A DNA stretch of 64,000 nucleotides from Octopus vulgaris (Eukaryota). Numbering within the stretch: position 1 is the stretch's first letter; each line of letters opens with the position of its first letter. The DNA lies in contig OX597816.1 in the NCBI GenBank assembly GCA_951406725.2, forward strand, positions 150,536,001 through 150,600,000, in the 5' to 3' direction. The notes below the pieces were generated by a model. It was not told the origin of the DNA, searched no databases, and saw only the letters and a program-made list of their open reading frames with translations. Below, in pieces: positions 26,682 through 39,237 of this stretch. The position numbers and the translations under genes are program-made.

Positions 26682-28614
26682 TCCTCTCTACTAAAGGCAC
26701 AAGGCCTGAAATTTTGGAGAAGGGGTCTAGTCAATTACATCAACCCCAGCAATTCACTGATACTTAATTTATCAACCCCGAAAGGATGAAAGGCAAAGTT
26801 GACCTCGATGGAATTTGAATGCAGAACATGAAGACAGACGAAATACCGCTAAGCATTTTACCTGGCATGCTAACAATTCTGCCATCTCGCCACCTTCACC
26901 TAGTGATAATACTAGTTATTGTTTCTTTATTTGCAACATTTGAAGGGAGTGTACAAGAACAAATTGGAGAAATGATAGGGGGTTTAAGCTGAATCAATTG
27001 TGGAGAAGGGGAAACAGCCATGAAAAACAAAGGAATGAAGAAAGGAATGAAAGGAGACATTCTTGTAGTGGACAGCTCCTTCAAAACAGTTGGTGAAACC
27101 CACAGATTTTGGATTATGCAAGTGTCTCCTCACAGATGTGTTTCTGGTGTACAGATTCATGCTGAGAGTGTCAATGCAACTTGGTTTGAGAATAAAAATA
27201 TATACCTATATCCATGTGTATTTAGTCTTGTGAAATATGACAAGATATTTTGTCTGGCAAAATATCTTGAGTTCTTCCATCCTACACCCTAATAATACTT
27301 TTATTAATATTGACTTCTAAAATTGGTACAAGGCCAATTTTTCTTGTTTGCTTATAGCTGATTAAAGTACTTCAATGGTACTATTTATTGATCTAGAAAG
27401 GAAGAAAAGCAAACTCAACTTAGGTGGAATTTGAATTCAGAATATGAAAAGCTAAAACTAAATACTACAAGGCACTTTATTCAGTACTCTAAAAATGTTG
27501 TCATCCTCCATCATTTCTCTATCTTCCATATTTAATTGTTTCTGATTTACATGAAAGAACATCATTTTTAAGGAGAGGGTAGGTTAATCAATACCATTGA
27601 CCCTAGTATATGACTGGTACTTTATCTTATTGACTCTGAAAGGATGAAATGCGAAGTTGGCCATGGCAAATTTGAACTCAGAATGTAAAAAGCCAGAACA
27701 AATGTTACAAGTTATTTTGCTTGAATCTTTAACATCCTGTCTACTAAATGAGATGAATTTTAAAATGAGAATATCTGAAAGAAACTCGACTGCTCTCACA
27801 AACAAGAATACTAAAAATGAACCCGACCGCTCTTAAAAATTAAGTAAAAAAACCAGTAAGATAATCCGGAAATCTTGTCCGGTACCTGATCGATCTCAGT
27901 GGTAGTCATGGAATATGAAGATGGGTGTGTGAGCTGTATTTGTAATGCTGTGTGTGTATGTTGTCTGCAGTGGGAATAGGAACAGTTTACATCGACCCCA
28001 GAATTTCACTGGTACTTAATTTATTGACCCTAAAAGGATGAAAGGAAAAGTCAACCTCAGGCTTTGAACTCAGAACATAGCAATGGGCAAAATACCGCTA
28101 AGCATTTCGTCCGGCATGCTAACAATTCTGCCAGCTCACCGCCTTAATAATAATAATAGTAATATAATTATAATCCTTTCTATTACAAGCACAAAGCCTG
28201 AAATTTTCAGGGTGGTAGGTAAGTCATTTACATTGAGTCCAGTGCATAACTGGCACTTATTTAATCAATCCTGAAAGGATGAAAAGCAAAGTCGACCTTG
28301 GTGGAATTTGAACTCAGAATGTAGTGACGGGCAAAATATTGCTAAGCATTTCATCCAGCATGATTCTGCCATCTTGCCACCTTAATAATAATAATAATAA
28401 TAATTTCTACTATAGGCACAAGGCCTGGAATTTGGGGGAGGAGACTATTTTATTACATTGACCTCAGTATTCAACTGGCACTTATTATACCAACCCTGAA
28501 AGGTTGAAAGGCAAAGTTGACCTCAGCAGAATTTAAACTCAGAACATAAGGATGGACAAAATGCTGCTAAGCATTTTGCCTGGTGTGTTAACAATTCTAC
28601 CACCTCACCACCTT
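26682..28614 (-). mobile_element. Cluster of ~6 SINE family B copies
   Basis: Same unit as the 14.3-15.4 kb array, at 26682-26896, ~27310-27500, ~27560-27730, 27985-28146, 28172-28384 and 28403-28614. The last three are in direct tandem with (AAT)n spacers. Confidence 0.9.
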
Positions 28615-29243
28615 ATAATAATAATGATAATAATAGTGTAACTAAGCCAAACCAGAGAGAGAAAAAGCTAGATCCTATTGCTATAGAAAGAGTCAGTCAA
28701 TAGACATAAAATGTTGCTGTATTAAAAAACCATCCAGTCCATGCTAGCATAGAAAAATAGATATTAAAATGATAGTGCTGGTGTAGATGTATACATGATA
28801 TATAGTATTACTACTATTGAATTGTGACTGAAGTCTTCAGATATAGTCGCATAGCTTTTAGTAATGCTACTATAATTGCTAACTTTTTAAATTGCTACTA
28901 TAATTTATAAGCTTGATAGTATCATTGTTAGTACTTGTACTGTATATGTTTCTATTGAACACTGATTAAAGTTTATAGGTATTAGGTTTTATAGTAATTA
29001 CTGCCATAATTGGTAATATCACGCTACAGTTAATGGGAAACACTCTTATATAATAATGGTACTTATAGAATTAGGTAGTAGAGTTATAGTATTATCTCAA
29101 CTGGTAATATTATCTGTTGGTATTTCCAGCCTAGCTTGCAATAGTAATGATTTTTATGTGACTATTTCAAATCATAGTAATGATTTAATTAGAAACAAGG
29201 CCCTTTTTTTTTTCTTTCTTTTTTTTTCTTTTTTTTTTTTTAG

Positions 29244-29484
29244 ATGATGAATGTAGAAAGAGTACAATGGACAAGTCAATTAAGAATAGCATTTCATCTA
29301 TAGGCTGGCAATCCAGTAATGTTACCAGCACTACACCACTTCCATGGCCCAGTCCACTTTAAGTACAGCTCCCAGCTGTGAGCAATAGCCATACTATATT
29401 CAACTCCTGTGGGTGTATCCAGCCTGGTGGTGTTCAATCCCATTGGTTTCATCAACATTCTTAAAAGATACTTTTATTGATTAT
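29244..29484 (+). other. Candidate spliced exon (non-coding or stop-containing)
   Basis: A ~40-nt pure pyrimidine tract plus TAG ends at 29243. It is followed by 241 nt of non-repetitive, higher-GC sequence and then GTAAGG at 29485. All three plus frames contain stops. Confidence 0.4.
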
Positions 29485-31567
29485 GTAAGGTAGAGTAATG
29501 GGTTTGATCATTTAACAACATACATCAAAATCAAGTATAAAATTGCCCTCTGGTATGTTTCTAGTATTTCTGTCATCAGTCTTATGCAATGAAATCAACC
29601 TGGGTAGGATCTAAATTCGGAAATAAGAATGAGCTGAATTTAAAATAGTACTTATTTTATCATTCTCTTGAAAGACAGAAAGGAAGTGAAACCCAGAGAC
29701 TTGAAATGCAAAGTTCATCTAGGGATTTTATAAACTCAAAACTCAGAGAAATAAAACTAAACACTGAAAGCATGTAGTTCTGCTGCTTTTAACAATTTTG
29801 ATTCTCTGCACCAATAGTTCAAACTAATATTGTCTTGAATCTCTCCACCAATTAATAGATGCTAATTATATTAGCATTATTTGACTAAATAATTAACACT
29901 AATATAATTAGTGTTAGTTATTTGAAAAAACTGGGTGTAAAGCTAGATATTTTTTTTTATAGGAGGAGTGTAGTTGATTAAACTGACCCCAGTATTGTAA
30001 TTTTTCTTATTCTTTCACACCAGAAAGGATAAAAGGCAGATTGGCGATGAGTTGGATTTGAACTAAAAATATAGAAGGATTAGATTAAATACTGCTCTAC
30101 TACTTCTGCTGAGTCAACACTCTTCTACAATCTTATTACAATAATATTATATACAGGGAAGCATTTTACTAAACATAGTTAACACTTAGTATTGACTGCG
30201 TTGAGTCATAACATTCATCTTGCAGACATGCTCACTTAATATTGGTACTACTACCATTTCTACTGCCATTATTACTATTATTCTACAAATGGCAGTACTA
30301 TGAAGTACTATGCTAAATATTGACGTTTTACATCATAAGTACAGAACATTCAGATTTGTAAGTGAGAGTAGACTGAAATTGTGTGATGTTCATGCTTTTC
30401 TTAAAATCGCCATTGGTGGAACTCTTTTAGAAGATATTGATTTCTTATGCAGGCAAAAGGGCTTTGATTTATAAGGGAGAAGGAAACAGTGGATTTACAT
30501 TAATATCTCTTTGGAAGGTATTAACAGATAAATGAGTAGTTCCTTTTCTATGATTGTGTTCAAAATTGGGCTACAGTATTATTCTGAATGGGTCAGAAAG
30601 GCTACTTTTTAAATATTTGTAAAATATTCATGAATATGTTACACAATTAGCCATAGGTATAAGGTCAAGAATGCAACATTTACTGCAGGCAAAAACTAAG
30701 AAAATATTTCCACCAGAAAATTATCAAATGTTGATTTCATTAAATTAAGTCTATGGATTTTTTTTAATTTAAAAAAAGGGGTTGTGAAGGATTTACTAAA
30801 ATGGGTCATGATGACAAATTGTTAAGAAGTGCTACATCAAGAATGTATTGATTTATTTTATGTGTGATAATACCTCAGATATGCAGAGAGGAAGGAAATG
30901 AGATTGGAAGAGGTTCATACTTTTCTCAAAGGTATTAGTAATTGAAGTGAAGTAAAATAACTGAAAATCAAAAATAAGGTAGATTTTGGTTTGCTAAGAG
31001 CTTACTTTCTTTTCAACAATTGTTTTATATTATATATTAAAATATTAACATCATCTAAGTAAATATAAGACCATGTTTTTATTGCACAGGATGGAGACAT
31101 AGTCAATTGAATCAACTATAATCACTATATTGCATAACAACGAGAAAGTTTCTATGTGATCCATTGACTGTGTAAACATTTCTACTGTCTTAAAGAAAGA
31201 ACACATTAGATAATGTAATCCTGGATATACTGTAACTGGAAAAATGCTGGATGGTCATGACTGGAATGCTTTCAGTCATAGAAGTACTTGTTCTGAGATG
31301 ACCTAGGGCTAAAAAACATCTGCAACCACATTATTTAACTGATTGTGTTCATGAGTATTGAAGTGAGTTGTAGGAAGATGTGAACTCAGGAATAAATAGA
31401 CTAAGTACTTATGAAGTTTTAAGTAAAGTTAGTTTGAAATAACAAAGTTGTGTTTGAATACGAATTAATGTATGTGTTTTATATATATATATATATATAT
31501 ATTACTGATGTTGTTAATGTTGTCATCATATATGTATATGATGTGTCTCTGTGTGTGGGTAAGTATA

Positions 31568-31648
<81 letters not shown>

Positions 31649-33479
31649 ATAAAATTGTGTGTGTTTATATATATGTATATATGTCTGTCTATGCTGGGTA
31701 TGACTTTAAACTGCATCCAGTAGTGGAGCCATGGTATGGGAATTCTGGTGTTTTGAGGAGTGTGGAACTATCTCTAAGCCACTACTGTTCCCAGGTCTAA
31801 TCTGATCTGGTGTAGTAGCACCTGAGAGAATCCCAGCTATGTGAACCAATGGGAATGAAGAATCCCTGGTTCTTATTACAACTTCCTTGTAGGAAAAAGT
31901 AAAGTTATATAAAAATCCTGAAGAGCAGTTGGTTTTTTGGTTGTCTCAGCTGCTGTTGTATCACTTGTGTTATGGCTGATTGTACTGAAAAGTGAGTTCA
32001 GTACATCTATGCTAATATATCAAAACAGAGGTTCTAAAAGCATAATGGTGTATGCACACAACTGAGCCCCTTGCCCAAAGTGTTCCAGTCAAGCCTTCCA
32101 CTGCTTTTCTCCCACACCTTTCATCTCCCTGTCACTCATCCCTCCATCACTCTTGTGTCTACTGCATTATTATTCTGTTGCTGTAAATAAATGAGAGCAG
32201 AATTATTTTTCATGTCATCTCTTCCTGTACTACCAATTTTTCTTCTCTCCTGAGCCACTTTTCATCAACATCCAGCTCTCATTCCTAACCCATCACCACT
32301 ACTCATATCAACCATCAACCACATTCACACTTGTTTACTATTCATTACATTCACCATTACATATTTCCTCTGACCACTTCCACCCCTCTCTACTCATCCG
32401 TCACTCTCTTCTTCATTCATTGTAGACTTTACCCACCTCATCTCCCTACCTCTCACCCCTTTATCCCTTTTCTATCCACTGAGTTATTCCATTGCTCATT
32501 ACCCTTTCTGTGATGCTAGTCATCACCTCCTTTGAGTCTCTTCTATTGGCATTTAACTTTCATTCTTATCGCCATCATCCACCCCCACCATCTAACTCTC
32601 ATTCTTATCACCCTCTCCCTGAGCTACATCTGTTGATATCCATTCCTCATTCTTATCACTATCCTTACTACTTATATTTACTATCAACTACCCACTCACC
32701 ATTATTCACCATTCACTTATATCCAGCCCCTTGTTCCTCACACCTACACTCCTACCTGTGTTTCTAGCCATCTCTCATTCTCCCCCTACACTCTTATAAC
32801 CTTTATCCACCTTACCTGATCTTCTGACACCACTCTACTCCATTTTCTTTCATCTACCCATATGTAATGCAGGGTAGCCATAAATCTTGTCCACAACTGA
32901 CCTGTTCCTTCCCTTCTATTGTACTGTAATCCTGGAATATCTCATATAGGCCCTCTACTATTTTCCAACTCAGTCAAGAAGATTTGCAAGTTACAAGGTG
33001 ACTTCACTAGTGCTGGTGCCATGTAAAAACACAGTACATATTGTAAAGTAGTTGGTATTAGGAAGAGTATGCAAATATGTCATAACTGAGACGTTAAAGC
33101 AAGATGTGGCCTCCTAACCCATCAGAATTTATCAAACCATTTGATCCATGCCAATATAGAAAGCTGATGTGAAATGATGATGTATATATACTTGGTGTCC
33201 AATAAGGAAGGGAACATTTAAATAGGTTTTATATTTAAATACCCAACAGGTTTATGGGATGCATAATATGTATGTATGCATGCACATGTATTTATATATG
33301 CAGTTGAATAGTTTACTGGTTCCACATGTATAGTGATACGGTTGTTTTGTGTTTATGCTAAGTGTGATTTTATTATGCAACAGAGCCTTTCATCATTATT
33401 GTTATTATTATAGTCATAATTGTAAGTTTACAGAAAATATGCAGCTCTCTTTGCTTTTCATTACCTCATGCTAATGAAA

Positions 33480-33602
33480 GATGGATGGATGGATGGATGG
33501 ATGGATGGATGGATGGATGGATGGATGGATGGATGGATGGATGGATGGATGGATGGATGGATGGATGGATGGATGGATGGATGGATGGATGGATGGATGG
33601 AT

Positions 33603-33628
<26 letters not shown>
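33480..33628. repeat. (GGAT)n ~30 units followed by (AC)n
   Basis: Directly visible. Confidence 0.98.
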
Positions 33629-33634
<6 letters not shown>

Positions 33635-34133
33635 AAACTGACACTTAAAACAATTGTAACTGTACTCACCTATGCTCTCCTCTTTCTTTCAAAAACACAC
33701 TCTTTCTCTCTTTCAAATACATACACATGCATGCTGACACATACACAAACATATACATACGCAAATATAGATGCATGTTCTAAATATGCAGTCATTCATT
33801 CTCCTTCTGTGTCTTTCTTTCCTTCTCTCCCACAAGTATACAATGTCACAGACAAACACATTACATTAATTGATCAAATACTCATCTTCTCTTCCTCTTT
33901 TCACTAATTCTCTCCTTTTAAACCTCCTCATTATATGTGTATGTTTATTTGTTTGTAATCTAATTCTTAGGACCAACTTATAGATTATTTATTACAGATC
34001 TTCAATGATTCATTTTGATCTGGGAACCCCTATCTTACATTGTTTGGGATCCAATGTAGTAATTTGAGCACATTACATTCTAATTTGGTATCTGGCATGT
34101 TTTGTTTGTTATATCCTGATATAATGATAGTAA

Positions 34134-34358
34134 TTAATCCTTTTACTACCATATTCCTGTTGAAATACACTGTCTTTGTTCCATTTAATTTTGAAAATAA
34201 TGAGGAATTTATTAAAATAGCTATCATTATTAAGCTGGTGTTTGGAATATAAATTAACAAATTTCAGCAGAAGCTATTAATTTAGATCACTTTAAAATGG
34301 TGAATTTGTATTGTTGAACAAGAGGTATTCTTAGGTGGGTTGACATCAAAAGAGTTAA
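34134..34358. mobile_element. TTAA-flanked MITE (piggyBac-like ends)
   Basis: ttaa-tccttttactacc ... gacatcaaaagag-ttaa: degenerate short TIRs with TTAA on both sides. Confidence 0.5.
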
Positions 34359-35043
34359 AGTAGAGAACCACAAGGTTACTTCTGTTGCTGTTGAAATATC
34401 AAGTCTTCAGGATTTTACTTGTGAGGATTGGCAGCCCAGTACAAAGTTTGGACTAAAAGAGAGATTTGTTGAGTGTATTTGTGTCTGTAGTTATGTGTTG
34501 GTTGTTTACTTATTAATACCATTGCACTTATACTGATTGAACTGAGCTGACTTATGGCAAGGTAGGGACTATTCAATGACAGCTTAGTTCAATTTGATGT
34601 CTGCTGATGAAGTGCATGACCTTACATTCTTAAAGACCAATGAAACTGTGGTCAATGTTTAGAACCTGGTCCTTTGCCTTATTATTTGGTACTTATTTAT
34701 TGAGTCATTAATAAAGAAAACAGAAATGAAAGACAAACCTCCACTCCCCTCTCTTGTCTAGGTTTGAACTCAAACAATTTCTTCCCTCTGTTAGGAGAAT
34801 ATTAATAATTTTGACTGTTACTGATCTATCTGTAGTGTCACAAACTGACATTAGAGACATTTTTTCTCTGGTCGTTGTTGCAAGGATGAGCAGTAGCAAT
34901 GATGGTATACTGTACTAAACATCTTACTGTATTTAGTTTCATCATCACTCTTACAGATTAGTGGCTTTGTGCCAATCATAGAAATTAATAATAATGATAA
35001 TAATAATAGTAATGACAATAATGATGATGATGATGGTGATGAT

Positions 35044-38000
35044 AAGGTATTCGATTGGCAGCGAGAGTAGAGTAGCAAGTGAATTACCTAGTGCTATTTA
35101 GTTACATTTCTTTATGTTGATTTAAAATTCTGTAGGGGTTGCTAAGTTGAATACCAGTCACCTAGAATCAGTACAGCAGCAAGAAAATGCCTTGTGGTAT
35201 TTTGTCATATCCTTTTGCTTTCTGATTTCAAACCCCATTGAAATCAACATTGTCTTTTATCTCTCTAGAGCTGAAATAGTCAATTATTGGGCTTGATACA
35301 AATGACTATTCTCTTTCCCAAAATGTGTGGCCTTGTTTCTAAATTAAAAATCATCGTTGACATCAATCATCATAATAATTATTAATTTTTTTTTTGTATT
35401 AAGGTATTGGAGTGGCACAGACTGTACAATGGTAGTAACTAAATGACGTGTAGTATTTAGTTTCTTTTAGTTACTTTCTGAGTTCAGATCCTGCCAAGGT
35501 GAACTTCACCATTTGATACCACTGTGGTCTTAAAATGATAGCAAACAAGTACTGAGGTTAATTTAGTTGACCATTCTTTCTCTTCTACAAATATATGGCC
35601 TTGTGCCAATGAAAGAAATCTTTGGTTCTTAGATTTAGTCAGGTGGTATATTTATATGTGTGTTCAGGTGAAAGTAAAGGTGGAAATAGGAGAAGTAAGA
35701 GAGACTGTATAGATGTGGTGGGGAGGAAGAGACAGTAATGGTGGGGAGAAGTTAATGGGAGAGGAGCAGAAAGACTGGTGGGATTGTTTTTCTTTTTATG
35801 TGTGTGTAAGTGGTTCAATTCAATTTCAATTTACTCAATTTATTTTCTTTGTACGCAAGTAGAGATGAATTAAAGATGTATTTAGTTGTGAACATTTGTT
35901 TTTATTTGTGGGTGTGAAGTGTGAGAAGAAAAGATGGCAGCATGGGAAGGGAGAAGGAGGAGAGTTGAGACAGAGACAGAGATCGTGTGTGGTAAAGTGA
36001 CAATGAGAGAGAGAGAAATTGTTTATGTGCATCGCTATGTGTGGGTGTCTCTGTCTGTCTATCTAAAAGCCCATACTTAGCCGGCAGTCTATTTCAAGCC
36101 TACACATATAAAATCATCTTTTCATCTTAATGACAACTCTTGTCTCTCATTTTCCCCATCATCACATCAGTCAAGCTCCTGTTACATTGGCCTTACCTTA
36201 TTTATTTGGCTTTTGACAAATAAAATGACAACTAATTCTGCTAATCATACTGCTATTACCTTTACCAACACCACCAATTACTGCTGCTATTCCTACTATT
36301 ATTACTATTACTACTACATCTTAGATATAAAATTCATTCTTTAGCAGGTTCAGGGTACCTTTTTTTTATCTACACTGTGTCATTGAAGACAGAATCAGTA
36401 GAACAGTACTGAGAAAAATATCTGGTAGTATTTAGTTACATTCCTTTCCATTCTGATTTTAAATCCCACCAGGATCAGCTTCACTTTTCACTCTCCCTGA
36501 ATCAATAAAATAAATGTCAAGCTTTGGAGTTAATTACATTGAAAACACTAATTTTTCCCAAATTTAGAAAGACAAAATTAATTTCGGGTTCCACTTGAAG
36601 TGAAAGGTGAGAGTAGAGAGGGGGATGTTGCCCTGCTGTATATTGAAAAGTAGCTGAGAGTGGCAAGTACAGCTAGAGTAAATAGGTCCTATCCCCAGTA
36701 TGCATCTGTAGGCTAGGGAATACCGCTGGAACAGGGCACCTGCCCTTGATAGCTAAGGTAATTTTGGATCTCTAGGGCTCCTTGATTACTAAGGTGGCAA
36801 TCTTTTTTAAAGGAATTTTTCCTATGTGTACATACTGTGTCAACTGTCATTATTCATGTCATCCAGTTTCAATGTAAACCCCCACATTTAACCTGTCTCT
36901 GTAATGTCTCTTCAACTGTTACCTTTGTGCCAATAATACAAGATTATTTTTGATGATGATGATGATTGCTTCAGATTTTGGCACAAGGCCAGCAATTTTA
37001 GTGAGAATGGGTTGGTCAATTACATTGACCCCAGTGCTCAGTTGTTACTTATTCTATCAATGCCAAAAGAATGAAAAAAAAGTTGGCTACGGTTGAATTT
37101 GAACTTGGAATATGAAGAAATGCCATTAAACATTTACTCTAATGCCCTAAGATTTTACCAGCTCATTATGATAGCAACAACAACAATAATAATAACAATA
37201 ATTTCTTATACCAGTACAAGGGGACAAACTTCAAAAGGATGGGAAGTGTATTCTGAACCTAGTATATTACTATTACTTATTTATTGTTACCAGAAGGATG
37301 GAAGACAAAGTCAACCTTGGCAGGTTATCAACATTGAAAAACATAACTATTATTAGAACCCCACAGCCTTAGGTGTTTTAATAGTGATAATTTAAAAGTG
37401 ATAATTCACTGACCACTTTTGCAAGGAATGATTGCATAATCCAATTGAATGGGCCTTAGTGTATTACTGATATTTTTTAACACTTCACCCCCACCCCCAA
37501 TGATGTTTAACATTGCAGAATATTTATTTTGTCAATAAAATGCTGTAAAGCACCTAATCTGGCTAAAAACTATCTAGGGACTTGGCAGAAATGGAGAAAT
37601 GTCAGAGTAATTGAACTGAATATTTTGCTGTTTTTGCTTACATCCCTTTATGTTCTGAGTTCAAATACAACAAGGGTTGTTTGTATTTTCCATCATCCAG
37701 GGTGCCAGTGAAATAAGTACCAGTCAAATAGTTGCTTCAATCTCACCAATTACACCTTTTCTACAAATTTGTGGCCTCCTGCCTACATAAGATACAACAA
37801 CTATTATCATCATCATCATCATCAACATCACCATCATGCAAGCAGCAAACTGGTAGAACTGTTACAACATCGGAGATAATGCTTTACTATATTTCTTCCA
37901 GCTCATTGCGTACTGAGTTCAAATTCCACTGAGGTCAACATTGCCTTTCATCCTTTCAGGGTAGATAAATGAATACCAGTTGATCACTGGTGCTTATTTT

Positions 38001-39201
38001 ATCAATGTTGATGTAATAGACTTTCCACTCTCTTACTGTTGCTGGCTTTGTGCCAAAATTTGAAACTACTACTACTACTTCTATTAAGGCAGTAAGCAGG
38101 CAAAGTTAACACACTGGACATAATACTTTGCAGTATTTCTTTCAGCTCTTTATGTTCTCAGTTCAAATCCTACCAAGGTCAACTTTGCCTTTTATCCTTA
38201 TGGGATTGATAAAATAAGCACCTACCAAGTACTGGGACCAATGTAATTGGCCTGCCCTCTCACATCAGAATTGCATGCCTTGTGTCAAGATTAGAAGGAA
38301 ATCATTATTATTGCCACAAATTTGGTGGGGAGGGATTTATAGATTAAATTAACTCCATAATAATAATGGTAATAGCTGTCTAACATAGGCACAAAGCCAG
38401 AAATTTGAAGCAGTGGAGGAGGTAGTCAATAATATCAAGACCAATATTTGACTGGTATTTTATTTTATTGATCCCAGAGGGATGGAAGGCAAAGTTGACC
38501 TCAATGGAATTTGGACTCAGAATGTAAAGAGCCATAAACAAGTTTGTTGTCCTATTTTACTTAGTCCTTCAAGATCTGCTTTCAAATTCTTCTAGGATCA
38601 ATAGAAATGTACCAGCCATTTACTGTGGTTGACTCAATGGGTAGTACATACGTCTCTACTGTCAATTTATGTCCATGTACCCCAGAAATCATTATTATTA
38701 CCATTATTTATTATCATTATTATGCATTTCATCCATCTGCACGATCTGGATTCAAATTCCGCCAAGGTCGACTTTGCTTTTCATCTTTTTGGGATCAATA
38801 AATTAAGTACCAGTGAAACACTGGGGTTAATGTAATTGACTAGTACCCTCCCCACAAATTGCAGGCTTTGTGCCTTTAGTAGAAAGGATTATTATTATTA
38901 TTATTATTATTGTTGCTGTTGTTGTTGTTTTAAAAAAATAGGAAAACAAAAGGAATCATTATAATTATAACTATTTTTAGGGTTATGGATGTCAGAAATG
39001 GTAGAGTGCCTGATAAAATGTTCTGTAATATTTAGTTACATCCCTTTACATTCTGAGTTCAAATCCTGCTGGATTCAATTTTTTCCCTTATCCTTGGGCA
39101 ATCGAAATATACCTGCTAAGTACTGAGTAAATAAAATAAATTACATTGCACTTTCAAAATTTATGACCTTGTACCTATACAAGACATTATTATTATTATT
39201 A

Positions 39202-39230
<29 letters not shown>
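35044..39230 (+). mobile_element. Cluster of ~12 SINE family B copies, mostly plus orientation
   Basis: Recurring ttctgagttcaaatcc..c.aaggtcaactttgcctttcatcc...aagtaccag...ggccttgtgcc with (TTA)n tails. Minus-orientation copies lie at ~36965-37330 and ~38380-38545. Confidence 0.85.

Positions 39231-39237
<7 letters not shown>

Noticed and set aside
27760-27900. CpG-rich patch (gaacccgaccgctc...aatccggaaatcttgtccggtacc) as a promoter
   Set aside because: Short, embedded among SINE copies, and more like a fragment of an interspersed repeat.
33485-33907. MDGW-repeat protein
   Set aside because: Translation of the (GGAT)n microsatellite.
34600-34660. ctgatga...gaaac resembling a hammerhead ribozyme core (Penelope-type)
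   Set aside because: I could not build stems I-III or a cleavage triplet around the motif. An Infernal search with Rfam hammerhead models would settle it.
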